From an uncultured Thermoleophilia bacterium (lineage in GTDB: Bacteria > Actinomycetota > Thermoleophilia > UBA2241): 64,000 nucleotides of DNA. Made by a program: the position numbers and the translations under genes. Location: positions 192,001 through 256,000 of the forward strand of contig CAVQSP010000011.1 in the NCBI GenBank assembly GCA_963715985.1, given 5' to 3'. Under the pieces are notes generated by a model. The model did no database searches and had not been told where the DNA came from. It saw only the letters and a program-made list of their open reading frames with translations. The stretch's first letter is position 1; each line of letters opens with the position of its first letter. This document shows positions 9,985-20,247 of the stretch, piece by piece.

Positions 9985-10956
9985 CAGTCCACCGAGTCGA
10001 GAGGTCTGCCGATGAGCCGCTCCTGCAGGAGCTCCTCTTCGCCGACCGGCCGCTCCACGCCGATGGACACTCGCGCCACCGCGTCCGTGAACGTGTTCAA
10101 GCCGATGGTCAGGAGGGCGATGAGCAGCGCCGGCATCGCCACCCCCCAGGGATTGCTCACCAGGCCGATGCGGTTCTCGTTGAGCATGAGGCCCCAGTTG
10201 GGCGCCGGAGGCTGCAGGCCGAAGCCGATGAAGCTGAGGCCGGCGATGATGACGATCGACCAGGTCATGCGCAGGCCGGTCTCGACCATGAGCGGCGTGA
10301 CGAGGTTGGGCACGATCTCGCCGCGGATGATCGTCAGGGACGGCAGCCGGATGAGCTCGACCGCCTTGACGTGGTCCTTCTCGCAGATGTCCAGAGCGGC
10401 GGAGCGCATGACCCTGGCCACCTGCGGCGCGTGCGTGGCCGCCACCGCCACGACCACCAGCCAGAGCTTGGGCCCAGCGATGCTGACGAGCAGCAGGGCG
10501 AAGACGATGGCCGGGAAGGCCAGGATGATGTCGACGATGCGCATGATGAGGCCGTCACGCCAGCCTCTGTAGTACGCCGCCATCACGCCGGCCATGGCGC
10601 CCACGACGACGCCGAGTGCCGTGGCCGCAGCCGCCACGAGGAGCAGCAGCCAGCCGCCCTCGAGCACCCGCGTGAGCACGTCCCGGGCCGAGGACGTCCG
10701 TGCCGAGCCAGTAGTCGGAGGACGGCGGTGCGAACGTGGTGCTCACGAACTCCGTGGGCGAGTACGGCGCGACGAAGGGCCCGATGACGGCGATCGCGAC
10801 GACGCTCAGCCCCACCGCGAGGCCGATCTTGCCGCGTCTGCTTCGCGCCGCGGCGACCAGCACCGCGAGCCACTCCCGCCGGCGCAGGCGGGCGACCGAG
10901 CCGCCGTCGCGGTCCGCGTCCGGCGCGTCGACCGCGCTTGGCTGCGTGTGCGTCAT
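9984..10956 (-). CDS. ABC transporter permease, DppC/OppC-like (frameshift near 10680)
   Basis: YWLGTDVLG in one frame continues as VLTRVLEGG...DIILAFP...LGLQPP-like (FGLQPPAPNWG) in the next. Confidence 0.9.
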
Positions 10957-11972
10957 GAGCGCGGCAGCCGTCGCCGCGGCGATGCGAGCAGCGCGACGAC
11001 GTCCGTGAGGATGTTCATGAACACGTAGAAAGCGGCGAGCACCAGCGTGATGAACTGGATCACCGGGATGTCGCGGGCGGACACCCCGTCCACGAGCCCG
11101 GCGCCGATGCCCGGGTAGGCGAACACGTACTCGACCACCACGATGCCCCCGGCCAGATACAGGAGGTTGAGCCCGATCACCTGGATGGTCGGGGCGATCG
11201 AGTTGGGCAGGGCGTGCACGAGCAGTACACGCCAGCGGGGCACGCCCTTGAGCTTCGCCATCTCGACGTAGTCGCTCTCCAGGGCCTCGATCATGGCAGC
11301 CCGCATCATGCGGAAGATGTACGGCACGATCACGATGACGAGCGTCGCGACGGGCAGCACCAGCAACAACGGTTCCGCCCAGGGCGACTGGCCGGGCGGT
11401 ATGAACGACACCGCCGGCAACCAGTGCAGCACCAGCGAGGCGAGGAGCATGACGAGCCCGATGGCCACGACGAACTCGGGCAGCGACGTGACGGCCAGCG
11501 CGATCACCGAGAGGATGGTGTCGAGCCAGCCGTCACGTCGAGCCGCGGCAAGGATACCGAGACCGACGCCGATGAGCGTACCGATGGCGCCGGCCAGCAG
11601 GACGAGCACGAGGGAGTTGGCGATGCGAGGCACCACAAGCGTAGAGACGGGGTCGCCGTTGGCGAACGACTCGCCGAGGTCGCCGGTGAGCACGCCGGAC
11701 ATCCAGCTCCAGTACTGCACGACCACGGGCCGGTCGAGCTGGAGCTTGGCCTCCAGCGCGGCAACGCGATCGGGCGTGGCGTGCTGCCCCAACACCGCAT
11801 AGGCGGCGTTGCCCGGCAGCACCATCGTCGCCGCGAAGATGACGATGGAGACCAGGAACAGCGTCACCACGCCCAGCGCAAGGCGACGACCGATCATCGC
11901 CGCGAAGGGGTGAGCCTTCTTCGCCGGAGCCCTCGCAGCCGGCGCGGCGACCACTTGGCCGTGCGTGCTCAT
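10953..11972 (-). CDS. ABC transporter permease, DppB/OppB-like
   Basis: LDRPVVVQYWSW..GDLGESF, LESDYVEMAKLKG, HALPN, VEYVFAYPGIG. Confidence 0.95.
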   Translation of the reverse strand: MSTHGQVVAAPAARAPAKKAHPFAAMIGRRLALGVVTLFLVSIVIFAATMVLPGNAAYAVLGQHATPDRVAALEAKLQLDRPVVVQYWSWMSGVLTGDLGESFANGDPVSTLVVPRIANSLVLVLLAGAIGTLIGVGLGILAAARRDGWLDTILSVIALAVTSLPEFVVAIGLVMLLASLVLHWLPAVSFIPPGQSPWAEPLLLVLPVATLVIVIVPYIFRMMRAAMIEALESDYVEMAKLKGVPRWRVLLVHALPNSIAPTIQVIGLNLLYLAGGIVVVEYVFAYPGIGAGLVDGVSARDIPVIQFITLVLAAFYVFMNILTDVVALLASPRRRLPRS

Positions 11973-11998
11973 GCCCGCATCATCTCACCAGTGCCGCG

Positions 11999-13591
11999 TC
12001 AGCTCAGCCAGTAGTTCTTGAAGTCGAAGTTGTTCCAGGCGGCGCCGATCTTGCTCTCCTGGGTGCCCATGATGTTCGGCGAGGAGGCGTCGATGACCGG
12101 CGGGAAGAACGGGATCATCAGGCCGCCTTCATTGTGGTCGATCAGCTGCATCTCGTGGCAGATGTCGGCGCGTTTGGCCTCGTCGGGCGTGGCCAGGGCC
12201 TCTTTGTACAGTTTCTGCGTGCGCGGGTCGTCCCAGTGCGTCTCCCAGTACGGAGACGTGGGCAGCAGCTCCGACTGCACCTGGGGCAGGTAGTACTGGA
12301 AGCCCCAGTAGTCGAAGGCGAACGGGTACTTGAGGTACTCGGGCCCGAAGAAGTCGGTGACCGTCGTCTTGCGGACGTTCACGGTGACGCCGGCGGCCTT
12401 GGCCTGCTCCGCGAACACCTGCGCGGAGGACACCACGCCCATGGCGATGTCGGCGGTCACGAGCTCCACCGTGAGACCTTCCTGACCAGCCTGCTTGAGG
12501 AGTGACTTGGCCTGCTCGATGTCCTGCTCGCGCTGCGGGATGGACGTGTCGTAGGCCGGGTCCCAGCGCGAGAAGACGTCGTTGCCGAGCGTGCCGTTGC
12601 CCTTGAACACCAGGTCCAGCATCTGCGGGCGATCGATGATCAGACGCATGGCCTGCCGCACGCGCACATCGTCGAACGGCTTGACCTGCGTGTTCATGGT
12701 GAACGGGTTCATGCCGCCGCCGGGGGAGATCACCAGCTTCTTGCCCTGACTCTGGAGGGACGCGATCTCGTTGGATGTGATGAGGCTGATGGTGTCGACC
12801 TGACCGCCCAGCAGGGCGTTCACCTGTGCCGTGATGTCCGCGTACTCGATGAGCACGACCTTGTCGACGTACGGCAGCGGCTGGTTCCAGTAGTTCTCGT
12901 AGCGCTCGAAGATCGTCTGCTGCGGCGAGAAGCTCGTGATCTTGAAGGGTCCGGTGCCGTTGGGCTTGTCCGGGTTGTAGTCAACCGGCACGATGGGCAG
13001 GAACCAGGTGGGCTGCACCTGGACGAAGATGCTGTTGGGCTGCAGCATCGGCACCGTGAGCGTGAGGTCGTCGACCTTCTTCATCGCGGGCAGGTCGACC
13101 ACCGAGAGGAACCCGGAGCCGTTCTTGCCCTCCTTGGCGATGTAGTTGTAGGTGTACATCACGTCGTCCACGGTGAACGGTTTGCCGTCTTGCCAGGTGA
13201 TGTCCGGCTTCAGCTTGATCGTCCACTCGCTGCCGTCGGCGTTGGGGATCATGTCCTCGGCGAGCAGGAACTCCATGGTGCCGTCGGGCTTGATCTCCAC
13301 CAGCGCCTCGTAGCACATCACGGTGCGGGCGGCGTCGGAGTTGGTGACCTCCATCGTGACGTCGAGCGTGTTCGAGTTGGAGCCGCCGGTGATGCCGGCG
13401 TTGATCGTGCCTCCCCGGGTGGGCGAGGCAGCTGCGGACGGCGAGGCCGAGCTGGTCGTCTCGCCCTCTCCGCCACAGGCGGCCAGCGACCCCCCGAGGC
13501 CCAGGGCGGCACCCGCGACGGCGGCTCCCTTGAGAACGTCGCGTCGCGTGAACTCGCGCTGCAAGATCGACTTGTCCGTATGTTCAGCCAT
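11999..13591 (-). CDS. ABC transporter substrate-binding lipoprotein, family 5
   Basis: Tat signal TRRDVLK plus lipobox LAAC. WQDGKPFTVDDV, NGTGPFK, PFDDVRVRQAM. Confidence 0.95.
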   Translation of the reverse strand: MAEHTDKSILQREFTRRDVLKGAAVAGAALGLGGSLAACGGEGETTSSASPSAAASPTRGGTINAGITGGSNSNTLDVTMEVTNSDAARTVMCYEALVEIKPDGTMEFLLAEDMIPNADGSEWTIKLKPDITWQDGKPFTVDDVMYTYNYIAKEGKNGSGFLSVVDLPAMKKVDDLTLTVPMLQPNSIFVQVQPTWFLPIVPVDYNPDKPNGTGPFKITSFSPQQTIFERYENYWNQPLPYVDKVVLIEYADITAQVNALLGGQVDTISLITSNEIASLQSQGKKLVISPGGGMNPFTMNTQVKPFDDVRVRQAMRLIIDRPQMLDLVFKGNGTLGNDVFSRWDPAYDTSIPQREQDIEQAKSLLKQAGQEGLTVELVTADIAMGVVSSAQVFAEQAKAAGVTVNVRKTTVTDFFGPEYLKYPFAFDYWGFQYYLPQVQSELLPTSPYWETHWDDPRTQKLYKEALATPDEAKRADICHEMQLIDHNEGGLMIPFFPPVIDASSPNIMGTQESKIGAAWNNFDFKNYWLS

Positions 13592-13608
13592 CTTCTCGTC
13601 CCCCTCTG

Positions 13609-14361
13609 TCAGTCCATGAAGGCGCCGCCGTTGATGTTCAGCGCCTCTCCGGTCACGAATACTGCGTCAGGCCCCAACAGGAACGCGATGGTGCGCGCCA
13701 CGTCGTCGCCGCTCTCGACGCGACCGAGCGGCGTGTTGTCGATGAACGTCTGTCTGACCTGCACTGGCGTCATTCCGCGCAGTTCGCCCTCCCAGACGAG
13801 CTCCCGCTCCTGCATGGCCGTCGCGACCCATCCGGGGCACACGCTGTTGACGCGGATCCCGTGGGGGCCCAGCTCATAGGCCATCGCCTGGGTGAGACCC
13901 ACCACCGCGAACTTGGAGGCGATGTAGTGGGAGAGATACGGGACGTTGCCCTGCTTGGCGGCCATGGAGGCGACGTTGACGATGGCCCCGGGACGGCCTG
14001 CCGCGACCAGGTGGCGGGCGAACTCCTGCCCGCAGTAGAAGACGCCCGTCTCGTTCACCGCCAGCATGCGGTTCCACTCTTCGTCGGGCATGTCCAGGAA
14101 GGAGATCATGGAGGACACACCGGCGTTGGACACCCAGCCGTCGAGCGGTGAGAGCGACGCCTCGGCGGCCTTGATGGCCTGCCTGACGGCTGCACGGCTG
14201 GTGACGTCGAGCTGCAGCGCGAGGCCACCGATCTCGCCGGCAACGCGGGCCGCCGCGCGCTCGTCGAGGTCGGTGACGGCGACCTCGATGCCGCGTTGCG
14301 CCAGCAGGCGGGCGGTCGCCTCGCCGATGCCGCTGCCGGCGCCGGTGACGAGAACACTCAT
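13609..14361 (-). CDS. SDR family oxidoreductase
   Basis: TGAGSGIG, NAG, YIASK catalytic motif. Confidence 0.95.
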   Translation of the reverse strand: MSVLVTGAGSGIGEATARLLAQRGIEVAVTDLDERAAARVAGEIGGLALQLDVTSRAAVRQAIKAAEASLSPLDGWVSNAGVSSMISFLDMPDEEWNRMLAVNETGVFYCGQEFARHLVAAGRPGAIVNVASMAAKQGNVPYLSHYIASKFAVVGLTQAMAYELGPHGIRVNSVCPGWVATAMQERELVWEGELRGMTPVQVRQTFIDNTPLGRVESGDDVARTIAFLLGPDAVFVTGEALNINGGAFMD

Positions 14362-15812
14362 CCCAGGACCCCCTTGAGCGTCGGGTAGAGCTCCCGATAC
14401 GCCCGGTAGCTTTCGTCGTACACGTCGTAATGCTGCGGCTCGATCACCTCGTCCACGGTGACGAACCGGTCGATGTCACGCCAGTCCGGGAACACGCCCA
14501 CGCCCCTGCCGGCGCAGAACGCCGCGGCGAAGGCCGACCCGCTGCGCAACGTGACCTTCTCCAGCGGCAGACCGAGCACGTCGGCGGTGATCTGCGTCCA
14601 CACGCGCGAGCGCGATCCACCGTCGGTGACACGCGCGCGCAGCGGGCGGTGCCCGCGTTCCGCGAAGACCTCGAGGTGGTGGCGGAAGCCGAAGGCGATG
14701 CCCTCGAGCACCGCACGGAACAGGTGACCGCGCGTGTGCGTGAGCCGCAGGCCGACGAGGGCGCCGGTGGCCTCCGGGTCGTTGATGGGCGTCTTCTCGC
14801 CGAGGAAGTACGGGAGGCAGAGGACCCCCCCGAGCCGGGCGGTACCAGCTCGGCCTCGGCGTCGAGCTGCGCGAGGCCGGCGCCTGCGGCGCACTCGCGC
14901 TGGAACCACTTGATCAGGCTGCCGCTGGTGGCCATGCAGCCGCTGAGCACGAAGCGCCCCGGCAGCAGGTGGAAGTCGAGGTACAGGCGTTCGTCGACGA
15001 ACGGGTCGTCGACGGCGAGCATGATGTCTCCGGCGCCGCCGAGCTTGACGAGCAGGTCGCCGTCCTCGAGCACGCCGGAGGCGAAGGTGGACCCGATATG
15101 GTCGGCCGTGCCGGCGACCACCGGCACGCCCGTCTTGAGCCCGGTCTCGGCGGCGGCGGCGGCAGTCACGGCGCCGACGACCTCGTCGCAGCGGCGCACC
15201 GGCGGGAGCAGCTCCCGTGCGCCCGCCGCAGGCCTCGAGCACGTCGTCGGCCCAGCGCATGGCGGCGAAGTCCAGGAGGCCCGTCTCCAGGGCCCAGTTG
15301 GCCTCGACCGAGCGTTCGCCGGAGAGCCGCATCGCGATGTAGTCGTAGGACCCCATGAGCGTGCGAGTCTTGCTCCACACCTCGGGCTCGTGCTCCGCGA
15401 GCCACAGCAGACGCGGTCCGGTGGACTGCTGCGTGATGGCCGACCCGGTACGCTCCAGGACGTCGGCGCCGGCGAGACGCCGGCGCAGCTCCTCCACCTC
15501 GGCCACGGAGCGCGCGTCGTTCTGCTGGATCGACCAGCGCAGCGGCACGCCGTGCTCGTCGAGCGGGATCGTGCACGGCACCATGCCGGTGACCCCGACC
15601 CCGGCCACCTCTCCGTCGAAGCCGTCCAGGAGCTCCCGTGTGGTGGCGCAGACGTTGGCCCACCACTCGCCGGTGTCCTCCTCGGCCCAGCCGGCATGCA
15701 GCGAGTGCAGCGAGCTGGGCCGCTCGGCCTCGGCGACCACGCCGCGCTCGGGGTCGAGGAGCAGCGCCTTGGTGCCGGTCGTGCCGACGTCGATGCCGAG
15801 CAGCACGCTCAC
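14358..15812 (-). CDS. FGGY-family carbohydrate kinase, xylulokinase-like (two compensating frameshifts)
   Basis: LLGIDVGTTGTKA start, VVAGTADH in a second frame, then LPYFLGEKTP, RAVLEGIAF, DGGSRS. Confidence 0.9.
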   Translation of the reverse strand: MSVLLGIDVGTTGTKALLLDPERGVVAEAERPSSLHSLHAGWAEEDTGEWWANVCATTRELLDGFDGEVAGVGVTGMVPCTIPLDEHGVPLRWSIQQNDARSVAEVEELRRRLAGADVLERTGSAITQQSTGPRLLWLAEHEPEVWSKTRTLMGSYDYIAMRLSGERSVEANWALETGLLDFAAMRWADDVLEACGGRTGAAPAGAPLRRGRRRRDCRRRRRDRAQDGRAGGRRHGRPYRVHLRLRRARGRRPARQARRRRRHHARRRRPVRRRTPVPRLPPAAGALRAQRLHGHQRQPDQVVPARVRRRRRPRAARRRGRAGTARLGGVLCLPYFLGEKTPINDPEATGALVGLRLTHTRGHLFRAVLEGIAFGFRHHLEVFAERGHRPLRARVTDGGSRSRVWTQITADVLGLPLEKVTLRSGSAFAAAFCAGRGVGVFPDWRDIDRFVTVDEVIEPQHYDVYDESYRAYRELYPTLKGVLG

Positions 15813-16630
15813 GCGGCGCCCGCGTAGGTAGTGCCGCGGCCGGCCGCGGCCGTGAAGGCAGCGACGCGGTCGGCCGCGACCTCGTTCCACGTATAGCCGT
15901 CTCGTTTGAGAGCGGACCCGACGATGATGCCGTCCGCAGTCCCGAGGAAGGAGGCTACGTTCGCCGTGTTGGCGCCCGTGTTCGCAAAGACGGGCGCCGC
16001 ACCCGCCAATGTCTCCCTGACCTCGGCCAGGGCCACCATGTCCGGTTCTGTGGCCTGCCGCGGCCCCGAGATGAGAATGGCGTCGGCCAGACTGGACCAC
16101 ACCGCCGAGCGCGCCACCTCGGTGACGCTGCGCGTGCCCAGCGAGCTGGCGAACTCCGGCGTGACGTTCATGAAGGTCGCCACGTGACCCGCGTCGATGC
16201 GGCGGCGCTCGCGGAGCAAGCCGGCGACATCGGTGCTCCAGAGGCCCATGTCCGACTCGTAGGCCCCGACCGGCACGCAGCGGATGAACGACCCCCCTGT
16301 CGCCGCGGCGATGTTGAGGGCTGCCTGCGGGTCCCATAAGAAGTCCACCCCGAAGGGCCGGTCCTTGGGTGCCAGTTCGGCGACGACGCGAGTCATGGCG
16401 GCCACACCCTCGTAGCCGGCCTTGAACGAGTACGGGAGATCGCCTTCATTACAGAAGAGGACCGCGTCGAAGTCGGCCGCCAGGATGATCTCCATGTCCG
16501 CCCGCAGGTCTTCGACGATGCGCGCCAGACCCCCGTTCGCGTCGTACATGGGTGTGCCGGGCAGCGCCCTCAAGTGCGCCATGGCTATCAGGGGCTTCCT
16601 GTCACCGAACAGATCACTGACTCGTCCCAT
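15809..16630 (-). CDS. BtpA/SgcQ family TIM-barrel protein
   Basis: IAMAHLRALPGTP, FCNEGDLPY, PVFANTG, ADGIIVGSALKRDG. Confidence 0.92.
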   Translation of the reverse strand: MGRVSDLFGDRKPLIAMAHLRALPGTPMYDANGGLARIVEDLRADMEIILAADFDAVLFCNEGDLPYSFKAGYEGVAAMTRVVAELAPKDRPFGVDFLWDPQAALNIAAATGGSFIRCVPVGAYESDMGLWSTDVAGLLRERRRIDAGHVATFMNVTPEFASSLGTRSVTEVARSAVWSSLADAILISGPRQATEPDMVALAEVRETLAGAAPVFANTGANTANVASFLGTADGIIVGSALKRDGYTWNEVAADRVAAFTAAAGRGTTYAGAA

Positions 16631-17391
16631 CAGGCGATCACCACCTCCACGTGCTCTGCCTCAAGCGCGGCCAGGACCTCCGGAGCCGCGCCTCCGTCTG
16701 TCACAAGGACGTCGACCCTCTCGAGAGGGCATATCTGAGCGAATGTCACCTTGCCGAGCTTGGCGCTGTCGGCGACGACGATGCAGCGGCGCACGCAGGC
16801 CAGTGCGGCGCGCTTGACCCGGGCGTCCTCGAGGCTGTACTCGGTGCATCCCGACTCCACATCCACGCCGCCGATGCCCATCACGAACGTGTCGAAGCGC
16901 AGGCGGGAGAAGGCCTCCTCGGCCATGTCGCCGACCAGCGAACCCTCCCCGGCGGTGATCTGGCCGCCCGTGAGCAGCAGGCGGATGCCCCGGTGCCGTG
17001 CCAGGAGGTTGGCGATGTGTATGCTGGGAGTGAGTACCGTGAGGTTGCGACGGTCATGCAGGGCCCGCGCCACCTGGAGCGTCGTGGTGCCGACATCCAG
17101 GATCACCGTCTCACGCTCGCCGAGCATGGCAGCGGCAGCCCTTCCGATGTCGGCCTTGGCGTCGGTGCTCTGCTTGGCACGCACCGAGTAGGGAGCCGCG
17201 TACCCGCGCATGGCCAGGTCGATGGCACCACCGTGTACGCGGCGCAGCACGCCCTCGAGCTCGAGCGCCTCGAGGTCGCGGCGGATGGTCATCTGCGAGA
17301 CCTCGGTGCGGTCGCTGAGATCGGCGACTGCCACCTCTCCCCGCTCCTGGAGCAGGTCGACGATGATCTCGCGACGCGTCTGCACATCCAT
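16630..17391 (-). CDS. DeoR/GlpR family transcriptional regulator
   Basis: VSQMTIRRDL..L...G.LRRVHGGA, ILDVGTTT, VVADSAKLG. Confidence 0.95.
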   Translation of the reverse strand: MDVQTRREIIVDLLQERGEVAVADLSDRTEVSQMTIRRDLEALELEGVLRRVHGGAIDLAMRGYAAPYSVRAKQSTDAKADIGRAAAAMLGERETVILDVGTTTLQVARALHDRRNLTVLTPSIHIANLLARHRGIRLLLTGGQITAGEGSLVGDMAEEAFSRLRFDTFVMGIGGVDVESGCTEYSLEDARVKRAALACVRRCIVVADSAKLGKVTFAQICPLERVDVLVTDGGAAPEVLAALEAEHVEVVIA

Positions 17392-17530
17392 TTCCGTGCG
17401 AATGTACGTTACGTATTGTGAGAGCGCAAGGCCAATGGTAGTTTTTCGTGTGTGAAGTCACACTTCAACAGCAGTCATTCGCACATGCGGCCGGCGGCCG
17501 GCGCCCGAGCCGCCGTGAGGGAGGTGGCAC
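17392..17530. promoter_or_regulatory. Divergent promoter region with candidate operators
   Basis: AT-richer spacer. Inverted repeat GTGCGAATG (17396-17404) / CATTCGCAC (17476-17484) and palindrome TGTGAAGTCACA (17451-17462). Confidence 0.5.
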
Positions 17531-18190
17531 GTGGGTGAGCGGTTTGAGAGCCTGACGGCGGCGGTGCGCGACGGCGACCGGGACGTGGTCGCCCACGACG
17601 TGGGGCAGGCGCTGGAGGCAGGCGAACCGCCGCGGACCGTGCTCACCGAGGGTCTCGTCCCCGGCTTGCGGCAGATGGGCGACCTGTTCAAGGATGGGCA
17701 CGCGTACCTGCCCGAGATCCTCATCAGCGTGCGCGCCATGAACACCGGTCTCGAGATCCTGCGGCCGTATCTCGCCGGCGACGAGCCGCGCGGCAAGGGC
17801 GTCGTGGTGCTCGGGACGGTCGAGGGCGACCTGCACGACATCGGCAAGCGTCTGGTGGGCATGCTGCTGAGCGGCAACGGCTTCGAGGTCGTGGATCTGG
17901 GCGTAGATGCGAGCGCCGAGAGCTTCGCCGCCGCCGCCGAAGAGTACGGCGCCGACATCGTCGCCCTCTCGGCGCTCTTGACCACCACCACGCCCGAGTT
18001 CGGCCGCGTGCTGGAGGCGCTCGCGGCCCGCGGCCTGCGCGAGCGCGTGCTCGTCATGGTCGGCGGCGCGCCCGTGTCGCGCGCCCTGGCCGAGGAGATC
18101 GGCGCCGACGGCTTCGCCGACGACTGCATCCTCGCCGTCGACGAGGCGGAACGGCTCTTGGCGGCGCGCCACGAAGGCGGCGCGCCGTGA
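17531..18190 (+). CDS. Cobalamin-binding corrinoid protein (MttC/MtbC-like)
   Basis: B12 cap domain (GLRQMGDLF..G.AYLPE), GDLHDIGK motif, LSALLTTT, MVGGAPV. Confidence 0.95.
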   Translation: MGERFESLTAAVRDGDRDVVAHDVGQALEAGEPPRTVLTEGLVPGLRQMGDLFKDGHAYLPEILISVRAMNTGLEILRPYLAGDEPRGKGVVVLGTVEGDLHDIGKRLVGMLLSGNGFEVVDLGVDASAESFAAAAEEYGADIVALSALLTTTTPEFGRVLEALAARGLRERVLVMVGGAPVSRALAEEIGADGFADDCILAVDEAERLLAARHEGGAP

Positions 18191-19410
18191 CCGCCTTCAC
18201 CCGCCGGCGCTTCCACGAGATCTGCCGCGGCGAGCGCCTCGGCGACTTCGGCATCCTCGGCAACGGCATCCACATCTTCTGGCCGGAGACGGTGCAGGCC
18301 TGGGTCGCCCAGGGTGCGCCGGAGAGCTTCGCCCACGTCGACGAGCTCGAGTACGGCACGCCCAGCCCGGTCGACGAGTACTTCGGCTTCGACCCCTCCC
18401 GCTCCCTCGCCGAGGTCCACAGCGGCATGGACGCCGGCACGTCCATGCACGAATACGTGCCGGGGGTGGTGGCTCACAACCACGCCTTCCTGCTCAACCC
18501 GCCGTTCGAGCCGCAGGTGCTCGAGCAGGACGACAAGAGCATCGTGGTCCGCAACGGCAGCGGCATCACCGAACGGCTGCTCAAGGGCAGGCCTTTCAAC
18601 ATGCCGATGTGGCTCGACCACCCCGTCAAGGACCGGAGCACGTGGGAGCGCCTCCGCAGCCGCCTCGACCCTGACACCCCGGCTCGTTACCCGTCCGACT
18701 GGGAGGCCTATGCGGCGCAGATCAATGCGCTGGACTGCCCGGTCTCCATGGAGGTCGGCGGCTTCTTCGGCTACCTCAACATGTGGGTGGGCACAGAGGA
18801 CCTCATGTACCTCTTCTACGACGACCCGACGCTGGTCGAAGACATGATGGAGACCGTCCTGGAGCTCGAGCTGGCCATGGTGAAGCGCGTGACCCGGGAC
18901 ATCCGCCTCGACTGGGTGTGGTATTGGGAGGACATGGCCTACAAGAGCGGGCCCATGATCGGCCCGGACATGGTGCGCCGCTTCATGCTGCCGCGCTACG
19001 AAAGGCTCAACGAAGTGATCCGCGGGTCCGGCTGCGAGGTCCTCTACCTGGACTGCGACGGCAACGTCGATGAGCTCTTGCCGGTTTGGCTCGACGCAGG
19101 CATCAACCTGTTCTGGCCCCTGGAGGTGGCGGCCGGCACGGACCCGCTGGCCCTGCGCCGGAAGTACGGCAAGCACATCATCTTGGCAGGGGGTCTGGAC
19201 AAGCGCGAGCTGATGCGCGACGAGGAGTCACTGCGCCGCGAGGTCATGAGCAAGGTGCCGGAGCTGGCGAGGACGGGCCCCTACTTCCCCAGCCCCGACC
19301 ACCTCGTGCCCATCGACATGCCCTTCGAGAACTTCTGCACCTACATCGAGCTGCTGCGCGAGATCCGCGGGGACGAACCCCTGGGTCTCCCGCGCGCCTC
19401 GCGGACGTAG
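18187..19410 (+). CDS. Uroporphyrinogen decarboxylase-family (MtaA/CmuA-like) methyltransferase
   Basis: WEDMAYKSGPMIGP, DCDGN, GGLDKR, PSPDHLVP. Overlaps the corrinoid gene (GTGA). Confidence 0.88.
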   Translation: MTAFTRRRFHEICRGERLGDFGILGNGIHIFWPETVQAWVAQGAPESFAHVDELEYGTPSPVDEYFGFDPSRSLAEVHSGMDAGTSMHEYVPGVVAHNHAFLLNPPFEPQVLEQDDKSIVVRNGSGITERLLKGRPFNMPMWLDHPVKDRSTWERLRSRLDPDTPARYPSDWEAYAAQINALDCPVSMEVGGFFGYLNMWVGTEDLMYLFYDDPTLVEDMMETVLELELAMVKRVTRDIRLDWVWYWEDMAYKSGPMIGPDMVRRFMLPRYERLNEVIRGSGCEVLYLDCDGNVDELLPVWLDAGINLFWPLEVAAGTDPLALRRKYGKHIILAGGLDKRELMRDEESLRREVMSKVPELARTGPYFPSPDHLVPIDMPFENFCTYIELLREIRGDEPLGLPRASRT

Positions 19411-19448
19411 ACCGACGGAACCGGACCCCGAGAGCAGGGAGGACGAGA

Positions 19449-20243
19449 GTGAGACGCTTCGAGGACAGGACGGTCATCGTCACCGGCGCCGCCCAGGGCA
19501 TGGGACAGGAGTTCTGCTGGCGGTTCGCGGAGGAGGGCGCCTACGTGGTGGGCGTCGATGTGAACGGCGATGGCCTCGGCGAGACGCGGGCCAAGGGGCC
19601 CGCCGGCCGCATCGAGGCGCTGGTCATGGACGTCAGCGACCCGGCGGCGGTACAGGCAGGCGTCGGCGGCGTGGCGGAGCGGCGCGGCCGCATCCACGTG
19701 CTTGTCAATGCGGCCGCCATCGCGCCCATGGTCGGCGTCCTCGACATCACGCCCGAACAGTGGCAGCGGGTCATCGACATCAATCTCAACGGCTACTTCT
19801 ACATGGCCCAGGCCGCCGCCCGGAACATGGTGGACCACGGCGGCGGCGCCATCGTCAACATCTCGTCCTGCAACTCGTTCATCGTCGAATCGCCCTATGC
19901 CGACTACAACGCCGCCAAGGGGGGCGTGAACCTGCTCACCCAGAGCATGGCGTTCGAGCTGGCCCACCTCGGCGTGCGCTGCGTGGCGGTGGCCCCGGGC
20001 ATGACGATGACCCCGATGATGGACTTCACGAACGACCAGCAGACCTATCGCGGCTACATGGAGAAGATCCCGATGCGGCGTCCGGCGCTGCCGCGCGACC
20101 AGGCCAACGTGGTCCTGTTCCTGGCGTCCGACGAGGCCGCCTACGTCACCGGGATCACGATCCGCGTGGACGGCGGCATCATGCAGGGCTTCTGGGCCGA
20201 CCCGCGGATGGCTCCGCCGGCCCTGCCCGGGGACGAGAGCTGA
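19449..20243 (+). CDS. SDR family oxidoreductase
   Basis: TGAAQGMG, YNAAK, GGAGG RBS. Confidence 0.93.
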   Translation: MRRFEDRTVIVTGAAQGMGQEFCWRFAEEGAYVVGVDVNGDGLGETRAKGPAGRIEALVMDVSDPAAVQAGVGGVAERRGRIHVLVNAAAIAPMVGVLDITPEQWQRVIDINLNGYFYMAQAAARNMVDHGGGAIVNISSCNSFIVESPYADYNAAKGGVNLLTQSMAFELAHLGVRCVAVAPGMTMTPMMDFTNDQQTYRGYMEKIPMRRPALPRDQANVVLFLASDEAAYVTGITIRVDGGIMQGFWADPRMAPPALPGDES

Positions 20244-20247
20244 GGGC